Counted from the first letter of the stretch, positions 19,345 through 28,183 are shown. The stretch is 64,000 nucleotides of DNA from an uncultured Candidatus Saccharibacteria bacterium (GCA_964416765.1 CAYQEU010000002.1:78877-142876), one strand, 5' to 3'. Notes: a model not told the origin generated them from the letters alone. Made by a program: numbers and translations.

Positions 19345-19388
19345 CTTGTGCAAGCTAATAAAAGTTGGTTTAGATTTCCATAACTAAA

Positions 19389-19410
19389 AACCGCCAAGAA
19401 AGGCGGTTAA
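19389..19410 (-). terminator. terminator after tRNA-Ser
   Basis: On the minus strand the hairpin aaccgcc-tttctt-ggcggtttt is followed by a T-tract. Confidence 0.6.
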
Positions 19411-19418
19411 ATTATACT

Positions 19419-19508
19419 GGCGGAGAGGGAGGGATTCGAACCCTCGAGCCCCTTTCGGAGCAACCGGTTTTCGAGACCAGCGCACTAGACCACTATGCGA
19501 CCTCTCCG
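19419..19508 (-). tRNA. tRNA-Ser (anticodon CGA)
   Basis: 90 nt cloverleaf with a long variable arm, anticodon loop ctcgaaa, T-loop ttcgaat and encoded CCA. Confidence 0.85.
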
Positions 19509-19548
19509 AAAGTTCCGTTATTTATTCTTATCTATATTATACCTAAAC

Positions 19549-20208
19549 CTACCCTAAGCTACCATAAGTTTCACAAAAGGTTTTACGGTGTATGTCGCTA
19601 AGGCCATGGGTAGCCAAAGCCTCCCTGTGTTTCCTGGTAGCGTACCCTTTATGCACCTCAAACCCATATTTTGGGAACTTCTTGGCTAGCCTCATCATTA
19701 ATCGGTCTCTGTAAGTCTTGGCAAGAATGGAAGCCGCGCTAACTGATAACGCAATCGCATCTGCTTTCACCACAGCTTCCTGCGCGTGACTAATTCCGGG
19801 AACAGTAAACCTTCCATCGACAATTACAAAACTTGTTACGCTTTCCAGTGTTCCATGTGAAAACATTTTGTGCGCATTCCTTACCGCGCGCTTCATTGCC
19901 AGTAAGTTTGCGTGGTGGATGTTCACCTTATCAATCATCTCTGCATGTGCCATACCAATTCCGAAAGCTAATGCTTCCTTTCTCAATATTCTTTCCAGCA
20001 TGAAACGTTTCTCAGCCGTCAGTTTCTTGCTGTCATTTAGTTCTTTGTACCAGCCTCTGCGCTTTTGTGCAGCAATGGGGTCCAGGATTACAGCTGCTGC
20101 CACTACAGGCCCTGCCAAACAACCACGCCCAGCTTCATCACACCCAATAACCGCGGCGTAACCTTCAGCAAGCTTTTGTTTTTCCAGTTTAAAGTGTGGG
20201 TATTTCAT
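19549..20208 (-). CDS. rnhB: ribonuclease HII
   Basis: 219 aa with the RNase HII active-site motif VIGCDEAGRGCLAGPVVAAAV. Confidence 0.93.
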   Translation of the reverse strand: MKYPHFKLEKQKLAEGYAAVIGCDEAGRGCLAGPVVAAAVILDPIAAQKRRGWYKELNDSKKLTAEKRFMLERILRKEALAFGIGMAHAEMIDKVNIHHANLLAMKRAVRNAHKMFSHGTLESVTSFVIVDGRFTVPGISHAQEAVVKADAIALSVSAASILAKTYRDRLMMRLAKKFPKYGFEVHKGYATRKHREALATHGLSDIHRKTFCETYGSLG

Positions 20209-20357
20209 ACGCGTGAAACGGTAGAGATGTTTCAGGCGCCCATACAGGCGCCTTCTTTTCTAACAATGTTGGATATTTAGCTACCATTCTTGGTCGGCAG
20301 AGCATTCGCTCTGCACTCCCGCTATGTAATTCGGCTTACTAGCCGAATTACGGCGTG

Positions 20358-20431
20358 TTGGTCGGGATGCCGGGAATCGAACCCGGTCTACACGCACCCG
20401 AAGCGTGTGTACTACCGGTATACTACATCCC
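20358..20431 (-). tRNA. tRNA-Pro (anticodon CGG)
   Basis: 74 nt with anticodon stem cacgc/gcgtg, loop ttcgggt and encoded CCA. Confidence 0.8.
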
Positions 20432-20439
20432 GCTACGTG

Positions 20440-21330
20440 CTACATTATATCATCACGGCTTTCGAATGGCGAACTCGGGTCTGAGCTGGCTGCCGGGGAG
20501 GTCACATCCAGCAAAATGAAGTGTTTGGTTTCAGGGTTATAGAACAAATTGGGGTATAGGTCGTAGTGCAGGCCGTGGGTTTTGAGCACTTCCTTTATGG
20601 CGTTCAGGCGAAACACCTGGTCGGCAAACACCTCCTGGCCGCGCATTCCTTCGGGCAGGACCACCGGGTCACCATAGTCGTTAAACGGCAGGCCCCGCCA
20701 GTATGAAACGGAGTTGTATCCGGCCGCTTCAATATCTTTCCACTTGGAAACGTGCCAGCTCTCCTTGCCTTTCTGGTAGCCTAGCTGGGATTCAATTACG
20801 GTAACAAAATCAAACTGCTTCAGGAGCTGGGCGGCCTTATGGGTGTTGTGAAACTCTGAGAAACCAGGGTTTATGGTAGATTCGCTCTTTTTAATGAAGT
20901 ACTCTTCGTCGCCGTGCTTCACGCGGAAGTACTCGGTCCGGTCCACCCATTTGCCCCGGGACTTGGAAGTCAGGATCCGGTTGGTCTTCCCCAGCATGGT
21001 CAATTCCAAATTTTGCTTTTCATCCACCAAGGGCTTGCTCGGGCGCAAAAAGGCGTTCCGGCCATACTCATAGGTTTCCGGGTAGTCCAGTTCCTCGCCC
21101 AGCATCTTGATTATCTCCCAGCGTTCTTCATCATTGTTCCACTGGAATTCCATGCCCCCAAAGGTCATGTTCTCCGGAGCATACTCTTGCTCCGCCTGGC
21201 TGACCAGGTTTTTGGTGGCTTTAACAATCTCCGGATTCTGGCGGATCATCTCCCGGAAGTCATTCTCGTAGGCGAGCTTGCGGTGCTCGGTTTCGAAAGA
21301 ACTAAACTGTGAACCTGTTTCCCTAGGCAT
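20440..21330 (-). CDS. hypothetical protein with a protein-kinase/APH-like catalytic-loop signature
   Basis: 296 aa. HYDLYPNLFYN matches HxDxxxxN, the downstream ILLDV fits the position of the metal-binding Asp, and YFIKK may supply the VAIK-like lysine. Confidence 0.6.
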   Translation of the reverse strand: MPRETGSQFSSFETEHRKLAYENDFREMIRQNPEIVKATKNLVSQAEQEYAPENMTFGGMEFQWNNDEERWEIIKMLGEELDYPETYEYGRNAFLRPSKPLVDEKQNLELTMLGKTNRILTSKSRGKWVDRTEYFRVKHGDEEYFIKKSESTINPGFSEFHNTHKAAQLLKQFDFVTVIESQLGYQKGKESWHVSKWKDIEAAGYNSVSYWRGLPFNDYGDPVVLPEGMRGQEVFADQVFRLNAIKEVLKTHGLHYDLYPNLFYNPETKHFILLDVTSPAASSDPSSPFESRDDIM

Positions 21331-21571
21331 CAGCTAAAAATGGTTTAATGGCATCCTCAAAATCTTCTCCCTGGTCGCGGGCGGTGGTAACAGCTTTAAC
21401 AACTTCAGCCAGTTTGACGCGGCGGTCCCCCACCCTTACTATTGTCCCGTCCCCATCATCCTCCCGGGAGAGGTCATGGAGCAAGTCATCGTAGTTGTCG
21501 TTCGACTCCAGCATGTAAGTAATGTTGGTCAACTCATCATCGGGGAATTCCCCGTCAGCAATGTAAGACAT
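21323..21571 (-). CDS. small acidic hypothetical protein
   Basis: 82 aa and D/E-rich. It overlaps the downstream gene start by 8 nt, which suggests operon organisation. Confidence 0.5.
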   Translation of the reverse strand: MSYIADGEFPDDELTNITYMLESNDNYDDLLHDLSREDDGDGTIVRVGDRRVKLAEVVKAVTTARDQGEDFEDAIKPFLADA

Positions 21572-21572
21572 G

Positions 21573-22496
21573 TTAGGCAGGGTTAGCTTTTAAGTGGCGC
21601 TTGGACTTAAACCAGAACCAGCCGATCACGGTAATGGTGGCAGCCGGGGAAACCCACTCCGGAATGTGCGCGCCGAACGCGTGCAGTACCATGATGGACC
21701 CAAGCACCAGCACCGAGTACATAGCACCGTTTTTTAAATAGATATATTTTTTCACGCGCTCAATGTTGCTCACGGTAATGCGCCGCACTAGCAAAGCGCC
21801 AATCCCGTTGCCGGCAATGATGAGCGGAACGGAAAGCGTGAACGCGAACGCACCAAGCACGCCGTCAATGGAAAAAGTCGTATCGATAATTTCCAGGTAC
21901 AGCAGTTTGCTTATGTCTGACATGCCGGTGTTTTTGGACAGCTCGCTTTCGGTGGCTTCGGCGTTTTCCTTAAACCCGTGGGTGATGAAAAATGCGGTCG
22001 AGCCAACCACAATGCCGAGTGCCATAACCGGGTGCACTTTTATGGCCGCCCACACCAGCACGGTTAGCAAAATGGAAACCACCGCGTAGAACCAAACTCC
22101 CTGCTTCCGGATGAATCTCTCACCGGGCAAGCCAAAGTGCTTGTCTTCCAAAAAGATCCAGTGGAAGAACAGGAAGATAAGGAACGTGCCGCCGCCGGAC
22201 AGCAAGATCGGTTCAGCCGCGTGGAGCGATTCGAGCACCCTCAGGTCACTGCTAAATGTGGCGGTCAAAGCGCCAATCGGCCCCAGGCTCGGAACCGACA
22301 ACCACACTATTACCCAAGGCAGGACTCCCCTAACAATGAATACGGCAAACAGGATGCCCCAGAACAGGAACCACTTCTTGGCCCGCGGGCTCATGGTGCC
22401 AAGAACTTCGGCGTTGATGACCGCGTTATCTATACTGCTGACGGTTTCAAACGCCGCCAGCCCAACTATGGTGAAAATCCAGGAAAATAGATGCAT
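21573..22496 (-). CDS. DUF475/TerC-like integral membrane protein
   Basis: 307 aa with ETVSSIDNAV and EIIDTTFSIDGVLGAFAFT motifs typical of DUF475/YkoY. Confidence 0.65.
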   Translation of the reverse strand: MHLFSWIFTIVGLAAFETVSSIDNAVINAEVLGTMSPRAKKWFLFWGILFAVFIVRGVLPWVIVWLSVPSLGPIGALTATFSSDLRVLESLHAAEPILLSGGGTFLIFLFFHWIFLEDKHFGLPGERFIRKQGVWFYAVVSILLTVLVWAAIKVHPVMALGIVVGSTAFFITHGFKENAEATESELSKNTGMSDISKLLYLEIIDTTFSIDGVLGAFAFTLSVPLIIAGNGIGALLVRRITVSNIERVKKYIYLKNGAMYSVLVLGSIMVLHAFGAHIPEWVSPAATITVIGWFWFKSKRHLKANPA

Positions 22497-23284
22497 TATT
22501 TTTTCTGTCTTTCGTTGATGTAACGCTGAATGTCCACAAAGTGGTTAGCTGCTGTTTCAGCGGATTTTTGCCCCTGCCCTGGTTCCAATATTTTGTAAGT
22601 CGAATTTTGTTCCATTTCCAGTTTGCCATCGTGGTCTACCAATTCGTAGGTAGCCCCATAGGCCGCGTTATCAGGGTTATCAAAGTAAGTAACCAAGCCG
22701 GTATTAACGTCTACGCCGGTTTCCCGCTGCGGCCGGTCATTTTCACCGCCGGTCAAAAAGATTCCTTCTTTAGCCACGAACAGTTCTTCACCATTCTCCT
22801 TCTTTACCACCTGGTAGATATAGTCAGATATATAGTAGAAGGAATCGCCTACTTTGCGTTCTTTGCGCAGCTGCTGGATAACCGGGCTGTCATCCTCTAC
22901 TAATATAGAGCCATCTTCAAGCATGGTTGCCTGGTAATCGTCCGTGTAAGCACCGTACATGCTTTCCGGATATTTAGCCCGGCGCTTGCTGTCTATTAAA
23001 TCAACGGTTTTAACATTGTGTTCCTTAACGTATTCCTGGAACTCATGGAAAGTTTTAACCATTTGGTCCATTTTTGTCTTCTCCAAACGCTCGGCATTAG
23101 GATGTTCTTTAGAAAACTGCTGGAGCTGCTCCCCCGACCATTGCTTTGCCTTTTCCACGCAGGCCGAAACGGACATTGCAACAGCCAAAGCCATGGCTAA
23201 TATTTTTTCTTTGCTGTAGTTTTTTCTTTCTTCTTGGGCATCCTGGACTGGCTCCGTCATGCCCTGCTCAAATCTATTTTCCAT
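22496..23284 (-). CDS. lipoprotein, hypothetical
   Basis: 263 aa from MENRFEQ onward. It has a signal peptide with a lipobox (…AMSVSAC). The longer ORF would overlap tRNA-Ala, so that start is rejected. Confidence 0.6.
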   Translation of the reverse strand: MENRFEQGMTEPVQDAQEERKNYSKEKILAMALAVAMSVSACVEKAKQWSGEQLQQFSKEHPNAERLEKTKMDQMVKTFHEFQEYVKEHNVKTVDLIDSKRRAKYPESMYGAYTDDYQATMLEDGSILVEDDSPVIQQLRKERKVGDSFYYISDYIYQVVKKENGEELFVAKEGIFLTGGENDRPQRETGVDVNTGLVTYFDNPDNAAYGATYELVDHDGKLEMEQNSTYKILEPGQGQKSAETAANHFVDIQRYINERQKK

Positions 23285-23323
23285 ATGTGAAATATTAATG
23301 TCTGATATTTGGATTTTATCATA

Positions 23324-23348
23324 AAACCGCCCATGAGGGCGGCTTTTA
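23324..23348 (-). terminator. terminator after tRNA-Ala(GGC)
   Basis: On the minus strand the hairpin gccgccc-tcat-gggcggc is followed by tttt. Confidence 0.65.
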
Positions 23349-23356
23349 TTTTCTTC

Positions 23357-23430
23357 TGGTGGACCCATGGAGAATCGAACTCCAAACTCATCCATGCCAT
23401 GGACGCGTATTACCATTATACTATGGGCCC
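23357..23430 (-). tRNA. tRNA-Ala (anticodon GGC)
   Basis: 74 nt with G3:U70, anticodon loop atggcat and encoded CCA. Confidence 0.85.
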
Positions 23431-23459
23431 GGAACTGGAATATGCTACGAAATTCTACC

Positions 23460-23726
23460 TTATTCTTTGACTTGTGGCAACTGTCCTTGTTGCGCGTTGG
23501 TCAAAGCGTTCTGCCACTGGTCCGCTTTAGTTTTCAACGCGGGAATAATTCCAATTACATTCAAGACCCAACCGATTATTAACAACGCGAGGAACGCGCC
23601 AAGCACTGAACCAAATCCACCAATCATGCCGCGGAATAACGCCCACCAATTCCCGCCAAGCTTGTCGGAAACTTCCTTAATCTCATGCTGAATGCCTTGT
23701 AATTGGTGCTTTAAATCTGGTTCCAT
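23460..23726 (-). CDS. small membrane protein, hypothetical
   Basis: 88 aa from MEPDLKHQ onward, with one C-terminal TM helix. The longer start would overlap tRNA-Arg. Confidence 0.5.
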   Translation of the reverse strand: MEPDLKHQLQGIQHEIKEVSDKLGGNWWALFRGMIGGFGSVLGAFLALLIIGWVLNVIGIIPALKTKADQWQNALTNAQQGQLPQVKE

Positions 23727-23744
23727 AGTGTTTTGTTTAGATTT

Positions 23745-23819
23745 TGGTCCCCTTGGAGGGAATCGAACCCCCATCTCTCCCTTAGGACGGGATAGCTCTA
23801 TCCATTGAGCTACAAAGGG
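23745..23819 (-). tRNA. tRNA-Arg (anticodon CCT)
   Basis: 75 nt with T-loop ttcgatt and anticodon loop gtcctaa. The pairs C1:G72 and A27:G43 are unusual, so the call is tentative. Confidence 0.6.
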
Positions 23820-23911
23820 CCGATAAAGTTAATATTTCGTAAGCAAATTATACCATACTATAGTAAGATAGCGTATAATATGAAGGGAAGTTAAAACATT
23901 CAAAAAATCCC

Positions 23912-25258
23912 ATGAAATTAACAGATAATTTGCCTAGTTACGACCGAATTGTTTCACGTGAAACATTAATGATTATTTTGGGTTCATTATTCCTTTTTAC
24001 CCTGTTTTTCCCTATTCGCTACGTTTTTTATACTAATTCAGCCTATGCGACTGGCGCATACTCGGACTTTACCTCATTTTCCCTCTATTTGAGCGATATT
24101 ATCATCGCTATTTTCTTCATATTTAACTGGCGCCGCTTCTACGATAACAATATTGTTTATTTTTTTGCCATTGTTGGTTTATGGCTAGTACTTACAATTC
24201 TGCGGTCTACCGGATATCTGCCCCTTGAACTTTACTTTTTCTTTAAGTTCTGTGAAATGTTCATTGTTTTCCTCTTTTTCTCGGATATTAAGCACTTGAG
24301 GAAGGGTGGCCAAATTATGCTTTGGACTTTCCTGGGACTGCTATTTCTTCAAAGTTTAATAGGAATTTACCAATTTTGGGCACAAAAATCGCTTGGTTTG
24401 AGCTTTTTCGGAGAGTCTTTTATAGGAGCCCTGGTCCCTGGGGTGGCTAAAATTGTTTCTCATGAAACGACATTTGTGCGGATTTATGGCACTTTACCTC
24501 ATCCAAACATCCTGTCCGCCTTTTTGGTTGTTGGATTAGGCCTTATTGCCTGGCAAATTTTGGATGCGATTAACCGAAAATACCTATTATTCTTGTACAT
24601 TTCGCTTTTTGGAGTACTAACCTCGCTAGTTCTAACCTTCTCGAGGGCTGGTTATCTGGCCGCGGCAGTGGTTGTTGGGGGAGTTATGCTGGGATATATG
24701 GTTAAGTATGGGTTCAGCAACCGGATGAGAAACTTCGTAGTTGGCTTAATTCTGTTTATTGGCTTAAATATGGTGCTTTTTAGTCCATTTTTACAGACTA
24801 GGGCTACTATTTCGGATGATGCTACCAAAGAACGCATCTTCTACAACCAGATCGGTTTCAAAATGATCCATGATAACCCCATAACAGGACAGGGAGTAGG
24901 CTCAACCGTGTTGCACATGGAACAATATTCGCCAGTAAAGCTCCAGCCATGGGAGATCCAACCGATTCATAACTACTATATCCTGGCTTTGGCTGAAATC
25001 GGCATCGTGGGTTTCTGTCTGTTAATTGGGTTTTTTGTCTTCTTACTTATAAAGATAGTTAAAAAAACAACCGGACGGTCATCCGATCCGGCTGTCTACA
25101 TGCGAAGGGTGTTTCTGACTAGCGTGTTTCTGGGAGTATTGGTACTCATGATGTTTGACCACTACTTCTACACTATCCAGTCCACGCAAATGTTGTTGTG
25201 GGCAATTCTCGGTTTGATCTTTGCTGACATCAAACGCAGGGACGAAAAGTATCTATAA
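23912..25258 (+). CDS. O-antigen ligase/polymerase family (Wzy_C) membrane protein
   Basis: 448 aa with about 12 TM helices and the Wzy_C signature TFSRAGYLA. Confidence 0.7.
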   Translation: MKLTDNLPSYDRIVSRETLMIILGSLFLFTLFFPIRYVFYTNSAYATGAYSDFTSFSLYLSDIIIAIFFIFNWRRFYDNNIVYFFAIVGLWLVLTILRSTGYLPLELYFFFKFCEMFIVFLFFSDIKHLRKGGQIMLWTFLGLLFLQSLIGIYQFWAQKSLGLSFFGESFIGALVPGVAKIVSHETTFVRIYGTLPHPNILSAFLVVGLGLIAWQILDAINRKYLLFLYISLFGVLTSLVLTFSRAGYLAAAVVVGGVMLGYMVKYGFSNRMRNFVVGLILFIGLNMVLFSPFLQTRATISDDATKERIFYNQIGFKMIHDNPITGQGVGSTVLHMEQYSPVKLQPWEIQPIHNYYILALAEIGIVGFCLLIGFFVFLLIKIVKKTTGRSSDPAVYMRRVFLTSVFLGVLVLMMFDHYFYTIQSTQMLLWAILGLIFADIKRRDEKYL

Positions 25259-25729
25259 TTACTTATGGTATTCCTTACCATTCATAATGGTAATGGCACG
25301 GTAAATTTGTTCTTCGAGCAAAACTCTGGCGAAGTTGTGCGTAAAGGTTAGGGGACTAAGCGAGATTTCGTAGTTAGCATACTCTTTCAAGGAATCGTGC
25401 AGACCCGCGCCGCTGCCGATTACAAAAACCATTTCGGTGCCGATCCCGCCAACGCGTTCCATAAACTGGGCAAACTCCTTTGAGTCACGGAGTTGCCCAT
25501 TTTCTTTTAGTAGAATTACAATTCCGCCTTCGGGAATAGCCTTTATTATAGAGTTGGCTTCTTTTTGTCTGGCGGATTCCATCTGGATTGATGTTTTATA
25601 TGAAACATCTGGCAGCTCTATAACTGTGACTTTGGCAAAAGGGGATAGGCGTTTGAGGTATTCTTTCTCCAATTCAGCGAATGCCTTCTCTTTAAATTTT
25701 CCTAGAGTAATAATTCGAATTTTTAGCAT
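25259..25729 (-). CDS. rlmH: 23S rRNA (pseudouridine1915-N3)-methyltransferase RlmH
   Basis: 156 aa SPOUT-fold protein. MLKIRIITLGK… matches the RlmH family. Confidence 0.85.
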   Translation of the reverse strand: MLKIRIITLGKFKEKAFAELEKEYLKRLSPFAKVTVIELPDVSYKTSIQMESARQKEANSIIKAIPEGGIVILLKENGQLRDSKEFAQFMERVGGIGTEMVFVIGSGAGLHDSLKEYANYEISLSPLTFTHNFARVLLEEQIYRAITIMNGKEYHK

Positions 25730-25785
25730 GGAATTAGTTTAGCATAAATGCTAAAATGTTTGAGTTAAATTTACTCTATATATTA

Positions 25786-25859
25786 GGGCCCATAGTAAAG
25801 TGGTATTACGCGGCATTCGCATTGCTGAGGCGGGAGTTCGATTCTCCCTGGGTCCACCA
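25786..25859 (+). tRNA. tRNA-Ala (anticodon CGC)
   Basis: 74 nt with G3:U70, anticodon loop ttcgcat and encoded CCA. Confidence 0.85.
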
Positions 25860-25863
25860 TCAT

Positions 25864-25891
25864 AAAAGCGCCACCTCGTGTGGTGCTTTTA
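25864..25891 (+). terminator. terminator after tRNA-Ala(CGC)
   Basis: The hairpin agcgccacc-tcgt-gtggtgct is followed by ttt. Confidence 0.6.
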
Positions 25892-25957
25892 TGATTTAGC
25901 GGTGCAACGCATGCCGGAACGGTTAGTGACGGCGGGGTCCACCATAATAGAAGAAAA

Positions 25958-25984
25958 TAAAAACCGCCCTGCATGGGCGGTTTT
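25958..25984. terminator. bidirectional terminator hairpin
   Basis: The sequence aaaaaccgccc-tgcat-gggcggtttt has A and T tracts on both sides. Confidence 0.6.
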
Positions 25985-25994
25985 AAATTTGTAC

Positions 25995-26261
25995 TTACTT
26001 TACGAAGTGTGAGAACCAACGTTCCAGGTACTGGGAGTTTTGGTTAGTGTAGTAAATAACCAAAATTGCGGCGAGGAAAAATACATTCAGGCCAAGGACT
26101 TTCCACAAGTCGTGGCGGATAACCCGGTACTCTTCCCGGTGGGCGGAGTCACCGCTAACGGGAGTGGAGTGGTGACTGTGGACCGCTGCCGGAGCCGCGG
26201 AAACTGTAGCCGAAGGGCTGGCGGAATGCTGTTGATATTTGCGTTTATTCTTTTTAGACAT
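25995..26261 (-). CDS. small hypothetical protein with a C-terminal TM helix
   Basis: 88 aa from MSKKNKRKYQQ onward. Confidence 0.4.
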   Translation of the reverse strand: MSKKNKRKYQQHSASPSATVSAAPAAVHSHHSTPVSGDSAHREEYRVIRHDLWKVLGLNVFFLAAILVIYYTNQNSQYLERWFSHFVK

Positions 26262-26325
26262 AGGACAATTATACCAATTTTTTTGATTTGAAAGCAACCG
26301 GAACAAATGCTAATATACGAATACC

Positions 26326-26805
26326 ATGAATGCCACCATACTGCTAATTATCACTTTAATTCTTGCTCTCATCACCGCGGGAATGGCAGTATACAACTTC
26401 ATCTGGATCAGACGTCTGCATGACTTGCGCACGGAATTTTCCCTGGACAACCAGCCGGAAAACCTGGAAGAAATAGTCAGCAGCATTGTCAAAAAAATAA
26501 AATCTTTAGAACAAAAAACCAGCCAGCAGGATGAAGACTTGCTCAGCCTCGACGATAACTTAAGCCGCGCTGTACAAAAGGTAGGGGTGCATCGCTTTAA
26601 TGCTTTAGCCGACGAGGGGGGAGCGTTAAGTTTTTCGCTTGCCTTGCTGGACCGCAACCACACCGGTTTGGTCATCACTAGCATACATGGCCGCCAACAA
26701 AACCGCGTGTACAGCAAAGCCGTGGAACAAGGCACTGGACTTGTGCAGTTAAGCGAAGAAGAACAAAAAGCAATACAAAACGCCAGTACCTTTAGCAACA
26801 ATTAA
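26326..26805 (+). CDS. DUF4446-family protein
   Basis: 159 aa with an N-terminal TM helix and a conserved core GVHRFNALADEGGALSFSLALLD…SIHGRQQNRVYSKAV. Confidence 0.6.
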   Translation: MNATILLIITLILALITAGMAVYNFIWIRRLHDLRTEFSLDNQPENLEEIVSSIVKKIKSLEQKTSQQDEDLLSLDDNLSRAVQKVGVHRFNALADEGGALSFSLALLDRNHTGLVITSIHGRQQNRVYSKAVEQGTGLVQLSEEEQKAIQNASTFSNN

Positions 26806-26814
26806 TTTAAATAT

Positions 26815-27237
26815 ATGGAACAAAACATCGAAGACATGAACACGCCCGCAGAAACCGTAGTAGGCCCTTCCGTCAAAATCCAGGGTGACTTAAATTCTGA
26901 AGGCAACATCCGCATCCAGGGACAGGTAACCGGTAAAGTGCACACCAGCCAGAGCGTCCACGTTAGCGAAGGCGCCAAAATCACCGCCGACGTTATTGCC
27001 GGCAATGCCGTTATTTCCGGCGAAGTCCAGGGCAACCTGAAAATCGACAGCAACCTTATTTTACAGTCCACCGCACGCGTAAACGGCGACATTTCCTGCA
27101 AAGTATTGCGGGTTGAAGATGGTGCGTTATACAGCGGCAAATGCAACATGAAGGGTTCCGGCGAAGCCGCTCCCGCTCCAACCGCTACCGACAAGAAATC
27201 CAAAGCAGCAGCCGAACCAGAACCAGAGGAAGAATAA
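26815..27237 (+). CDS. bactofilin (CcmA/DUF583 polymer-forming cytoskeletal protein)
   Basis: 140 aa with repetitive beta-helix turns (G.V.G.V), for example GDLNSEGNIRIQGQVTGKV, and a disordered C-terminal tail. Confidence 0.8.
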   Translation: MEQNIEDMNTPAETVVGPSVKIQGDLNSEGNIRIQGQVTGKVHTSQSVHVSEGAKITADVIAGNAVISGEVQGNLKIDSNLILQSTARVNGDISCKVLRVEDGALYSGKCNMKGSGEAAPAPTATDKKSKAAAEPEPEEE

Positions 27238-27279
27238 ATAGCCGCTAATATATAGTAGGGGAATACCTCGAGGCTATTT

Positions 27280-28122
27280 ATGTATTACTATATTTTAGAT
27301 CCGCGAAATATAGGTGAAAAAACATTTGAAGAACGCCAGATTGCCCTGCAAGGGTACCTGGCGGAATTTAAGATAAACGGAGAAATGGGCCGGGTCACTC
27401 CACTGCGTTCCATTGAAAGCTTAGTGGAAACAGCGAGCGAGCGCGGAGTCAAAACTTTGGTTGCATGCGGAACCGATGAAACTTTTAACATTATGTTGTC
27501 GCACCTGCAGGGTCGCGACTTCACTATTGGTTTTATTCCACTCAACGATGATTCGTACCTGGCAAAAATTTTAGGTTTAAAAAACCTTTACGAGTCAGTA
27601 AAAATTCTGGCCGCGCGTCGCGTGGTAAAAATTGACCTTGCTACTGTCGCTCACAGTTACTTCGTTTCGTACTTGGAGTTTGGCCTGGCAAGTTCAAAAA
27701 TTAAAGACTTAAGCTGGTGGAGCAGTATTAAGGCGCTATCCGCTCCAGCGCAGGAGTTATCCGTGCGCATTGATAATTCCTACGTCATGAACCTCAAATG
27801 TCTCGGCGGTATTGTGGCCAACACGCGCTCGACCAGTTCTGAATCGGAAAGCATAGCCAACCCGACCGATGGCTTCCTGGATTTGTTGGTCGTGGAACAT
27901 TTGACCAAGGCACAGGTTGTGCGATACAAGGAAGCAATCCTTACCGGACAGCTGGAAAAGATTCCGGGCACTAGCGTAATCAAATGCCGCAAGATTGAAT
28001 TCCTCGAACCGAATGGTTTTCCTTTAACTATTTCCGGGAGAGTACTCACGAAGCTTCCGGCGACGGTGGAAATAATTCCCCAACGGCTCCGAATAATAGT
28101 AGGGAAGAACAGAACTTTTTAA
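27280..28122 (+). CDS. diacylglycerol/lipid kinase catalytic-domain protein (YegS/BmrU-like)
   Basis: 280 aa. VACGTDETFN resembles the GGDGT motif of the DAGK_cat family. Confidence 0.6.
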   Translation: MYYYILDPRNIGEKTFEERQIALQGYLAEFKINGEMGRVTPLRSIESLVETASERGVKTLVACGTDETFNIMLSHLQGRDFTIGFIPLNDDSYLAKILGLKNLYESVKILAARRVVKIDLATVAHSYFVSYLEFGLASSKIKDLSWWSSIKALSAPAQELSVRIDNSYVMNLKCLGGIVANTRSTSSESESIANPTDGFLDLLVVEHLTKAQVVRYKEAILTGQLEKIPGTSVIKCRKIEFLEPNGFPLTISGRVLTKLPATVEIIPQRLRIIVGKNRTF

Positions 28123-28127
28123 ATAAC

Positions 28128-28154
28128 AAACCCGCCGGTATGGCGGGTTTTTTG
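28128..28154 (+). terminator. rho-independent terminator
   Basis: The hairpin cccgccggtatggcggg is followed by tttttt. Confidence 0.75.
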
Positions 28155-28183
28155 TTGACAAAACCCATATATACCAGCATATT
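28155..28183 (+). promoter_or_regulatory. sigma70-like promoter for cfa
   Basis: TTGACA, a 17-nt spacer and CATATT. An AAGGAGGA Shine-Dalgarno sits 6 nt before the ATG at 28217. Confidence 0.5.

Noticed and set aside
22496-23416. The full-length 306-aa ORF start at 23416
   Set aside because: The upstream 44 codons would overlap tRNA-Ala(GGC) and its terminator. An internal Met at 23284 is followed by a lipoprotein signal peptide.
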